Source: Gammaproteobacteria bacterium
GTDB taxonomy: Bacteria > Pseudomonadota > Gammaproteobacteria > Pseudomonadales > Pseudohongiellaceae
Direction: 5' to 3'
DNA: 46,632 nucleotides
NCBI GenBank assembly: GCA_038104835.1
Contig: JAYOBL010000004.1
Location: 30,953 to 77,584 of the forward strand
A model generated the notes under the pieces. It was not told where the DNA came from. It searched no databases and saw only the letters and a list, made by a program, of their open reading frames with translations. The translations under genes were made by a program, and so were the position numbers. This document shows positions 35,932-45,200 of this stretch, in pieces. Positions within the stretch are counted from its first letter, which is position 1, and each line of letters starts with the position of its first letter.

Positions 35932-35991
35932 ATAGCGCGGCCTTTCATAGCGTCGCCTTGCATAGCGCCGCTTAGGATAGCGCCGCGACCC
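35932..35991. repeat. Four head-to-tail 15-bp direct repeats (ATAGCG-N9) upstream of gltB
   Basis: ATAGCG starts at 35932, 35947, 35962 and 35977, so the period is exactly 15 bp. The units are atagcgcggcctttc, atagcgtcgccttgc, atagcgccgcttagg and atagcgccgcgaccc. Confidence 0.9.
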
Positions 35992-36127
35992 TCCTGCCTT
36001 TAATAAATAGGCAGCAGCGGGGCCAGCAGCCTACGGCAGACGGGCTGCGCACGACGCAGTTAGATGCAGTTGAAGACCCATTACCGAGTAGCCCGGCGTC
36101 TCCGGGCCTCGACTGAGAGAGCAGCAC

Positions 36128-39100
36128 ATGAACAACGATAATCGCATCCCATTGAAGTTTGGTTTCCCGCCGAAGCAGGGCCTCTATGACCCCGCGCAAG
36201 AGAAAGACTCCTGCGGCGTAGGCTTTGTTGCCAATATAAAAGGCAAACCTAGTCATCAGATTATGCTCGATGCGTACCATCTGAATTCACGCATGGACCA
36301 CCGTGGCGGCTGCGGCTTCGAGGCAAACACCGGTGATGGCGCTGGCATCCTCATGGCGCTGCCCCATACTTTCTTCGGCAAGATCGCCGACAAAGCCTTC
36401 GGTGTAAGCCTTCCCGAGGCCGGCCAATACGCCGTGGGTAACATCTTCCTGCCGCAGGACGACGCCGAGCGCGCCCTATGCCGCGAGGTCATTGATCAGG
36501 TAGTCGCCGACGAAGGTCAGAAACTGATCGGATGGCGTGACGTACCCACCGACGCGGCCTCTGCCGACGTCGGACCTGCAGCGCTCGCCGCCCAGCCACG
36601 CATCGAGCAGCTGTTTATTGGCGCCAGCGAGGGGCTGAGCCAAGACGAGTTCGAGCGCAAGCTCTATGTTATCCGCAAGCGCTTCACTCATCGCCTGCGT
36701 AACGATGCCTCTCTAGCCGAGGCGAAGCAGGTTTACGCCTGCAGCCTGTCGACCAAGGTTATTGTCTATAAAGGTATGTTGACGCCGGGCCAGCTGTTTC
36801 CTTTTTATAAGGATCTCATGAGCCCGAATTTCGAGACCCATCTGGCGATGGTGCACTCGCGCTTCAGCACCAACACCTTCCCTTCGTGGGATCGCGCGCA
36901 GCCGAATCGCTTTATGAGCCACAACGGCGAGATCAATACACTGCGCGGTAACGCCAACGCGATGGTTGCCCGCCAAGGTATGGCGAAGACCGACACCTTC
37001 GGCGACAAGCTCGACTCATTATTCCCAATTATCGAAGCCGACTGCTCTGATTCCGGCAGCTTCGACTCGGTGCTCGAATTCATGCTGATGTCGGGTCGCT
37101 CGCTGCAAGAGTCAGTCATGATGATGATCCCAGAGGCGTGGCAGTCAGACGCCAATATGGATCAGCAGAAGCGCGACTTCTATGAATTCAACTCCGCGAT
37201 TATGGAGCCGTGGGACGGCCCCGCGTCTATCGTATTCTCCGACGGCCAGTACATTGGAGCGGTGCTGGACAGGAACGGTCTGCGTCCGAGCCGCTACTAC
37301 GTCACCAAAGACGACAAGGTCATCATGGCGTCTGAGGTCGGCGTGGTGCACGTAGACCCCGCCAATGTTCTGCTCAAAGGCCGCCTGCAGCCAGGCAAGA
37401 TGTTCCTGATCGACTTCGAGCAGGGTCGCCTCATTCCCGACGAAGAGCTCAAAGACACTATCAGCGGCAAGCGCCCCTACGGTCAGTGGCTTGCCGAGCA
37501 GAAGGTTACGCTCGCAGACATCGCCAAGCCCGACAATGTATTGTCATTAGCAAACGAAGAAGGCGAAGACGCCCTCTTACGCCGCATGCAAGCCTTCGGC
37601 TACACCACCGAGACCATGCAGTTCATGCTCATTCCTCTGGTCACAGAGGCGCGCGATCCGCTGGGCTCCATGGGTAACGATTCGGCGCTGGCCTGTTTGT
37701 CTGACAAACCGCGCATGATCTACGACTACTTCAAGCAGCTATTTGCTCAGGTCACCAACCCGCCGATCGACTCGATTCGCGAAGAAGTGGTCATGTCGCT
37801 CGAGTGCTTTATCGGTCCCGAGGGTAATATGCTCGACACGGCGGCCGAGCAGGCGCACCGCCTGAGTCTCAGCCACCCCATTCTGTCGAACAAAGAGCTC
37901 GCCGATATCCGCGACCTCGACAGCCACGGCATGCGCTCGAAGACTCTGGATATGACATTCGCTGCTGACTCGGCCGAAGGCTATTTAGAGGCGCTAGATC
38001 GACTCTGCGCCGATGCCGAGCAGGCCATCGTCGACGGCTACGCCTTTGTTGTGCTGTCTGACCGCGCAATGAGTGCGTCGCGCATCGCAATTAGCGCGCT
38101 GATCGCCTGTGGCGCAGTGCATCATCATTTGGTCGCGGCGCAGAAGCGCACGCAGATTGGAATCGTCATCGAAACAGGCGAGGCACGCGAGGTTCATCAC
38201 TTCTGCCTGCTCACCGGTTACGGCGCCGACGCGGTCAACCCTTACCTCGCCTTCGAGTCACTGTGGCAGGCGAGCAAAGACGGCCTGATTAGCAAGAACG
38301 CCGAAGACGAGGAGTCGCTGGTTAAGGGCTATAAGAAGAGCGTCGCCAAAGGCATGCTTAAAGTGATGGCCAAGATGGGCATCTCAACGTTGCAGTCTTA
38401 CAAGGGCGCGCAAATTTTTGAGGCAGTTGGTCTGGCAGATGAAATCGTCCAGCGCTGCTTCGTCGGCACTGCTAGCCGAGTGCAGGGCGTTAAATTCCCC
38501 GTACTCATTGAAGAGACTCGCCGACGCCATGCGCTAGGATTCCCGCAGCGTGAAAGTCAGCGCATTCCGGCGCTCAGCAATCCTGGTGATTTCCACTGGC
38601 GCTCCGGCGGCGACGCGCATATGTGGAACCCTGATTCCATATTTAATCTGCAGCTCGCTGCACGCAATAACAACGTGAACGCCTACGCCGCGTTCGCCAA
38701 GCACACTAACGAAGAGAGTACGCGTCGCTGCACCTTCCGCGGCCTGCTGAAGTTCAACACTACTATCGACTCGGCTATTCCATTAGACGAAGTTGAGCCT
38801 GCGAGCGAGATCGTAAAGCGATTCGCCACCGGCGCCATGAGCCTGGGTTCAATCTCACAAGAGAGCCACGAGTCGCTAGCGGTTGCGATGAATCGCATTG
38901 GCGGTAAGTCCAACACCGGCGAAGGCGGCGAAGACCCCTACAGATTTGAACCGCTGGAGAACGGCGACTCCAAGCGCTCGGCCATTAAGCAGGTTGCCTC
39001 GGGACGCTTCGGCGTCACCGCGTGGTATCTCACCAACGCCGACGAACTACAAATCAAGATCGCGCAAGGCGCGAAGCCAGGCGAAGGCGGCGAACTGCCG

Positions 39101-40699
39101 GGCGGCAAGGTAGACGATTACATTGCCAGCATTCGCCACTCGACACCGGGAGTGGGCCTCATTAGCCCGCCGCCGCATCACGATATCTACTCTATTGAAG
39201 ACATCGCGCAGCTGATTCACGATCTAAAAAACGCCAACCGCGCAGCGCGCATAAGCGTCAAGCTAGTCGCCGAAATTGGCGTCGGTACGATCGCAGCGGG
39301 TGTTACCAAAGCGAAGACCGACCATCTGGTTATTGCTGGCCACGACGGCGGTACGGGCGCGTCTCCGCTCACCTCGATTAAGCACGCGGGTCTGCCTTGG
39401 GAGCTCGGTCTGGCCGAGACTCACCAGACTCTGGTGATGAACAATTTGCGCTCGCGCGTCACGCTGCAAACCGACGGTCAGCTCAAGACCGGCCGCGATA
39501 TCGCGATTGCCGCGCTACTTGGCGCCGAAGAATTCGGTTTTGCCACAGCCCCGCTCATCACGCTGGGCTGCATTATGATGCGCAAGTGTCACCTGAACAC
39601 CTGTCCTGTCGGCATTGCCACGCAGGACCCTGAGCTACGTAAAAAGTTCAAAGGCAAGCCAGAGCACGTAACCAACTACCTCTTCATGGTGGCCGAGGAA
39701 ATGCGCGAGATCATGGCTAGCCTCGGCATTCGCTCGGTCAATGAGATGGTCGGCCGCGCTGACCTGCTCAACATGAACGACGCGATCGACCACTGGAAAG
39801 CCAGCGGAATCGACCTCACGTCTATCCTGACTCCTGCCAAGGTCGTGTTCGAGAACACCGGCTTCTACAAGATGCAGGAGCAAGATCACGGGCTAGAAAA
39901 GGCTCTGGATAACGAACTGATTAAGATGGCCCGCGAAGGCATCGAAGACGGCAAGGTCGTTCACATCGAACACGACGTAGTGAACATCAACCGCGTTGTC
40001 GGCACGATGCTGTCGAACGAGGTCGCCAAGCGCTGGGGCGCCGACATGCTCCCCGACGACACGATCAATATTAAGCTCAACGGCTCGGCGGGACAGAGCC
40101 TCGGTGCGTGGCTCGCTAAGGGCGTTACGCTAACCGTTGAAGGCGACGCCAACGACTTCGTCGGCAAGGGCCTGTCGGGCGGTAGGATCGTTCTCTATCC
40201 GCCGAAGCAAAGCAGCTTCAAGTCGGAAGAAAATATTATCGCAGGCAACGTTAATCTTTACGGAGCCACCGGCGGCGAAGCCTTTATCCGCGGCATAGTC
40301 GCCGAGCGCTTCGCAGTGCGTAACAGCGGCGCCAGTGCGGTTGTCGAAGGTATAGGCGATCACGGCTGCGAATACATGACAGGCGGGCGCGTAGTGATTC
40401 TTGGTAAAACAGGACGCAACTTCGGCGCCGGCATGAGCGGCGGCATTGCCTATGTTTGGGACCCGGAAGGCGCGTTCCCCAAGCAGTGTAACGGCGAGAC
40501 CTTCGAACTCGAGGGTGTTGCGGACGCCAACGATATCGAGGAGCTGCATGCTCTCGTGAAGAAGCATTATCTCTACACCGAGTCCGACGTGGCCAAGCGC
40601 CTAATGGACGATTGGGATCTTGCCCTCACGCAGTTCGTGAAGGTAATGCCTACAGACTATAAACGCGTTCTAGCCGAGCGCGCAGTGACAGCGGCCTAA
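36128..40699 (+). CDS. gltB: Glutamate synthase (NADPH) large subunit
   Basis: 1523 aa. A propeptide is followed by the Ntn nucleophile context DSCGVGF. The FMN/3Fe-4S central region and the C-terminal beta-helix GXXGG repeats are present. Immediately followed by gltD. Confidence 0.98.
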   Translation: MNNDNRIPLKFGFPPKQGLYDPAQEKDSCGVGFVANIKGKPSHQIMLDAYHLNSRMDHRGGCGFEANTGDGAGILMALPHTFFGKIADKAFGVSLPEAGQYAVGNIFLPQDDAERALCREVIDQVVADEGQKLIGWRDVPTDAASADVGPAALAAQPRIEQLFIGASEGLSQDEFERKLYVIRKRFTHRLRNDASLAEAKQVYACSLSTKVIVYKGMLTPGQLFPFYKDLMSPNFETHLAMVHSRFSTNTFPSWDRAQPNRFMSHNGEINTLRGNANAMVARQGMAKTDTFGDKLDSLFPIIEADCSDSGSFDSVLEFMLMSGRSLQESVMMMIPEAWQSDANMDQQKRDFYEFNSAIMEPWDGPASIVFSDGQYIGAVLDRNGLRPSRYYVTKDDKVIMASEVGVVHVDPANVLLKGRLQPGKMFLIDFEQGRLIPDEELKDTISGKRPYGQWLAEQKVTLADIAKPDNVLSLANEEGEDALLRRMQAFGYTTETMQFMLIPLVTEARDPLGSMGNDSALACLSDKPRMIYDYFKQLFAQVTNPPIDSIREEVVMSLECFIGPEGNMLDTAAEQAHRLSLSHPILSNKELADIRDLDSHGMRSKTLDMTFAADSAEGYLEALDRLCADAEQAIVDGYAFVVLSDRAMSASRIAISALIACGAVHHHLVAAQKRTQIGIVIETGEAREVHHFCLLTGYGADAVNPYLAFESLWQASKDGLISKNAEDEESLVKGYKKSVAKGMLKVMAKMGISTLQSYKGAQIFEAVGLADEIVQRCFVGTASRVQGVKFPVLIEETRRRHALGFPQRESQRIPALSNPGDFHWRSGGDAHMWNPDSIFNLQLAARNNNVNAYAAFAKHTNEESTRRCTFRGLLKFNTTIDSAIPLDEVEPASEIVKRFATGAMSLGSISQESHESLAVAMNRIGGKSNTGEGGEDPYRFEPLENGDSKRSAIKQVASGRFGVTAWYLTNADELQIKIAQGAKPGEGGELPGGKVDDYIASIRHSTPGVGLISPPPHHDIYSIEDIAQLIHDLKNANRAARISVKLVAEIGVGTIAAGVTKAKTDHLVIAGHDGGTGASPLTSIKHAGLPWELGLAETHQTLVMNNLRSRVTLQTDGQLKTGRDIAIAALLGAEEFGFATAPLITLGCIMMRKCHLNTCPVGIATQDPELRKKFKGKPEHVTNYLFMVAEEMREIMASLGIRSVNEMVGRADLLNMNDAIDHWKASGIDLTSILTPAKVVFENTGFYKMQEQDHGLEKALDNELIKMAREGIEDGKVVHIEHDVVNINRVVGTMLSNEVAKRWGADMLPDDTINIKLNGSAGQSLGAWLAKGVTLTVEGDANDFVGKGLSGGRIVLYPPKQSSFKSEENIIAGNVNLYGATGGEAFIRGIVAERFAVRNSGASAVVEGIGDHGCEYMTGGRVVILGKTGRNFGAGMSGGIAYVWDPEGAFPKQCNGETFELEGVADANDIEELHALVKKHYLYTESDVAKRLMDDWDLALTQFVKVMPTDYKRVLAERAVTAA

Positions 40700-40813
40700 T
40701 CACCGCCGCTGCATTGAACGGCCAGAGTCCTTAGGGCTCTGGCTAGTGATCCACTTGTGAGCGGGCAGGGCTCGATTCACCAGAGAAGGCCGAGTGCCAC
40801 GCAGGAAGAGACC

Positions 40814-42247
40814 ATGGGAAAGCCAACCGGATTTAAAGAGTTTACGCGTCAGACTGTGCCCTATCGCAACGCGATGGACCGATTGATCGACTACAAAGAA
40901 ATCTACACCGCGCCGGAAGACGCCGCGCTGCAGACTCAGGGTGCGCGCTGCATGGACTGCGGCGTGCCTTTTTGTCAGTCGGAAAACGGCTGCCCCGTTT
41001 ACAATCTTATACCCGAGTGGAACGACCTCGTGTACAACGGCCGCTGGGAAGAAGCGCTAGAGCGTCTGCACAAGACAAACAACTTCCCGGAATTCACCGG
41101 CCGCGTCTGCCCTGCGCCCTGCGAAGGATCCTGCGTACTGGGTTCTACCGAGCCGCCGGTTACCATTAAGAACATAGAAAACGCCATCATCGACAAGGGC
41201 TTCGAGAACGGCTGGGTTAAGCCGCAGCCTCCCGAGTCTCGCAGCGGTAAAACAGTCGCCGTGGTTGGCTCAGGCCCCGCGGGTCTCGCAGCGGCGGCGC
41301 AGCTGAACAAATCAGGCCATAACGTGACCGTGTACGAGCGTGACAACCGCATCGGTGGCCTGCTCATGTACGGCATTCCTAATATGAAGCTCGAGAAGGA
41401 CATCGTTGACCGACGCGTTAACATCCTGCGCGAAGAAGGCATCGAGTTCGTCACGGGCGCCGATATCGGTGGCGCCGGCGAAAACGGCATTGGCATCGAC
41501 AAGTTGGTCGCCGACAACGACGCGGTCCTGCTCGCTACAGGCGCGACAACACCGCGAGACCTGCCGATTCCCAACCGCGAAGGCGATGGCATCCACTTCG
41601 CCATGGAGTTCCTAAAGAAGAACACATCTAGCCTGCTCGATTCGCAGCTCGAGAACGGCGACTACATTAGCGCCAAGGGCAAGAAAGTCATCGTTATTGG
41701 TGGCGGCGACACCGGCACCGATTGCATAGGCACGTCGCTGCGTCATGGCTGCGAGTCGCTAGTTAACTTCGAGATCATGCCCAAGCCGCCTATCGAACGA
41801 GCCGACGACAACCCCTGGCCTCTGTGGCCAAAAATCTATCGCGTAGACTACGGCCACGAAGAAGCGGCGAAGAAGTTCGGCGAAGACCCCCGTGTCTATT
41901 CCATCTCTGGCAAGGAATTCGTACGCGACGAAGACGGCAAGCTGCTCGGCATTAATACGGTGAAGGTAGACAGCAACTTTAAGGAAATCCCTGGCACCAT
42001 CGAATTCTGGGAAGCAGATCTTATTCTCCTGTCTATGGGCTTCCTTGGGCCAGAGCACTATGTGAGCGAAGCGCTAGGTTTAGAATTAGACGGGCGTTCC
42101 AATTACAAGGCCGAATACGAAGAGTTTGCCACTTCGAGCCCCAAGGTCTTCGCTGCGGGCGACTGCCGCCGCGGGCAGTCTTTGGTGGTACGCGCGATCG
42201 ATGAAGGCCGCAAGGCTGCAGAGAAAATAGACGACTATCTAAACTGA
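40814..42247 (+). CDS. gltD: Glutamate synthase (NADPH) small subunit
   Basis: AGGAAGAG precedes the ATG at 40814 ([10 protein letters not shown]). Fe-S cysteines CMDCGVPFC and CPAPCEGSC, and dinucleotide folds [14 protein letters not shown] and [13 protein letters not shown]. Confidence 0.97.
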   Translation: MGKPTGFKEFTRQTVPYRNAMDRLIDYKEIYTAPEDAALQTQGARCMDCGVPFCQSENGCPVYNLIPEWNDLVYNGRWEEALERLHKTNNFPEFTGRVCPAPCEGSCVLGSTEPPVTIKNIENAIIDKGFENGWVKPQPPESRSGKTVAVVGSGPAGLAAAAQLNKSGHNVTVYERDNRIGGLLMYGIPNMKLEKDIVDRRVNILREEGIEFVTGADIGGAGENGIGIDKLVADNDAVLLATGATTPRDLPIPNREGDGIHFAMEFLKKNTSSLLDSQLENGDYISAKGKKVIVIGGGDTGTDCIGTSLRHGCESLVNFEIMPKPPIERADDNPWPLWPKIYRVDYGHEEAAKKFGEDPRVYSISGKEFVRDEDGKLLGINTVKVDSNFKEIPGTIEFWEADLILLSMGFLGPEHYVSEALGLELDGRSNYKAEYEEFATSSPKVFAAGDCRRGQSLVVRAIDEGRKAAEKIDDYLN

Positions 42248-42299
42248 GTTTAGTTAACCTCGCCCAGCTTTGGTTGCCGGACGCGGGCGATCGCGGCTC

Positions 42300-45200
42300 T
42301 TACGGGGCAGGCAGTACGTAGATCGTCTGCCTGTCGCCGTTAGCGTAGTAGCTGTGGTAGTCGGGTTCGCCGTCGCCGTTTAAGTCCCCTACGTTGATAA
42401 AGACTATTGGCCTACCTTCTTTGGCAAACGCCGCGTTGGGCGTGACTTCGTAGTCGGCTAGCGCATGAAACTCCTTCCCGCCAGCCTCTCTTACCGTAAT
42501 CAATCCCCGCGGGTTAATACTCACACGGCTAGAACGTTTCTCTTGCCCAACCCGCGCCTTGAACTGCAGCCAGTCTCTTGGCGTCGGCACCATCTCCTGC
42601 TCCATTAGCGTGCCATCTTCGCTACGCGTGATAAGCGACACCGCGTCGACGTTAGCGAGAAACGGCGATGGGTAGGTGAAGAAGCCCAGCTCGCGCTCGG
42701 TGCCAGCTGCGAGTTTTACCGCCGATAGACCCGGCCGGCCCACGTAGCGCGGCAGCGTCGCAGCTAAGCCTGTTTCAGTGTCTTTGGTGATCTCAAAATA
42801 GGAGTCCACTCCGTACTTAAGTCCATACGCGGAGTCCTCTTTTTCGATCGCCGCGAGCAGTGCGTCGTCGTCGGTGAACATCGGGTACATAATGACCTCC
42901 AGCGACGACGGCAGGCGGATACTCAGATTACCGTCTTCGTCATAGCGAAAGCCCGTCTCGTCCGCTGTCGGAGTGTCGGTTTTGGCTACCCGTATGGGGA
43001 CCATGCGCGATTCAGAGTCTGGAAACTCCATCTCAATCTCGCCCTGGGGCTGCTGCCTGATTGCCGCGCCTGGCTCGTCGAACTCTGGCACGTCGGCGAC
43101 CAGTTCCAGATAGCTCGTGCGCGGTTCGGTCGCCGCGCCAGCGATCGCCTCGCCCCTTAGGTCTAGCGCAGTTTGTCCCTCGCGGCCCGGCACGGGAATA
43201 AATTCGAGCGTATTTGTTAGCGCAACACCGCTGGGCATGTTCAGGAAAGAGGCGAAGCCAACGTTGTCGCCAATGATCACGCCCTTAAGCAGAATCACGT
43301 CTGCCCCAACGTTGACGTTGGACAATCGCGATCCCGGCAACACCGTCACGCCGCTTAACGTCGCAGGATCATCGGGGTCGCCACTGATGTCGCCGCCTAC
43401 CTCTCCTCCGGTGATTGTCGCGCCGCCGCACAGCGTCACGTCGGTAATCTTGCCTTCGCTCTTCGCGTCACCACAGACTTCGCCGCCGGTGAGCTCGCCC
43501 TCTTCTCCCACTTCGGGATCGGTGGATGTCGTGCCCGTTCGATCAACCTTGCCGCGTATCGTAGGATCTGGCGGAGGCGGGACTGGCGAGCTGGTTAGCG
43601 CAAGGCTTAACACCTGCGCGAAGCTGCTGGAGTTGGCGGCGAGCGTGTAAGTCTCGTCAGACCCGGTGGCCGCGGCGTAGCGCGACGTTAAGCCACTGAA
43701 ACTCGCGAGCCCCGCAACGGCGTTCATTGTCACTGTTGCTTCGTCGGCATCGGTGTCGCCGGCGAAAGCAAACACGACGCTGCCCGCGCCGCCGGTTTCT
43801 GACACGCTCACGCTTGTTGTGTAGTCGCTGTCCACTACGCCGGCGCTATCGACCGCCGCCACCGTGAGTGCCGGCGCGAAGGTCAACGTGTCACCGGTGA
43901 ACGCTGAGCGCGGGGTTGGTTGAACTTGGAACACCAGTCGCGTCGCGGTGACCTCGCTGCTTAAACTGCCAGAGGTGATGGCGACAAGATCACCGCCCGA
44001 AGCCTCGTCGTCCGCACTGACTGTGAAGGACTCCTTGTCGGCGCTTGCAGCATAGGCGACTCCGGCAAAGGTTGCCACGCCTGCGGTGGCGGCTATATCC
44101 ACGTCGCCGCTCAGCGAACCGCCGCCGCTCGCGCTCAGGGTAATCGTCTCGGTGAAATCCAAATCGAGATTATTGACGGCATCGAGGGCATGCACCACCG
44201 GCTGGGTTGTAAATGCCACGCCCGATGCCGAACCTGCGGGTTCGGTCGCATAGGCCAGCTTCGTCGCCGCTACCGTGGTGAGCGTGCCGCTGCTGTTTGT
44301 CACCGCGGTGGTCGTACCCATGCCAGTGCCGGACGTGGTGAGATCGGTGTCGCCGTCTACCGACAGGATGATCGTCGCGTTGTCGGTCATATTGGCGCTG
44401 TCATTGAAATACGCGTTGACGGTATAGGTCTCGCTCGCGCCGTCGGCCACAGAAATAGATAGGCCGGAAAACGTGATCGTATCCGCACCGGCAGAATACG
44501 TGCCGGCCACATCGCTGGCATCCGGGCCGTTTAGACGCCAGGTGATCTGGCCGCGCTGAGCGTCGGTCGCGGTGCCCGAGACATTGAGCACCACCTGCGA
44601 CACGCCGAGTGCCAGCGCGTCGGCGGTGCCGCCGTCTGTGAGGGTGAAGTCCAACAGGTCGAGAGCCTCGCCCACGGTGTCGGCGGTTGTGGGCAAAGCC
44701 ACGGGTTCGGTGACACCGGTACCGGCGGTAAGGGTGGCGTCGAGATCGTTGCTCACTAAACGCACATAGCTCTCGGTTGTCCAGAGCGCACTATCGAAAG
44801 TAAGCGCCGTCAGCAGTTCTCTCACGTGCGTTGCTGGCGTCGACGAGGAGTTATCGTAAACCAAGGAGCGGATTAGTGTATTGATGCGACTAAGAGTGGC
44901 ATCTGAGTTGAGCGTGACTCTGACACGGGTCACAAAGTCGCTTATTCCCGCGAATGTCCCAACGTCTACTCCACCAACACTCACGATGCCGCCTGAACTC
45001 TCAGACGTCACCGCGACTCCAAGGGAGGTCGCGAAGCGAATCGAGTCCTGCCCGCTAAAACCACCGAAGGAGAAGTCTAGGGTGCCGCTAGTGAAAGTTC
45101 CACCGCCGATGTGTGAAACGGCCGCATCCGCGCCAACGTCGAACGCGACAGGACCGGCGCCAATCGCATAGTTTGCGAAGTCACGATTGAGATTTGAGAT

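Noticed and set aside
35932-35991. The possibility that the 15-bp repeat array is a CRISPR array.
   Set aside because: The units are directly abutting with no spacers, they are far too short, there are only four copies, and there are no cas genes.
35518-36280. Three small ORFs in or around the gltB upstream gap: 35518-35757(+), 35658-35975(+) and 35972-36280(-).
   Set aside because: None has a Shine-Dalgarno sequence. One merely translates the 15-bp tandem repeat (HSAAFHSVALHSAA). Another overlaps the gltB start on the opposite strand. The region is better explained as regulatory or leader DNA.
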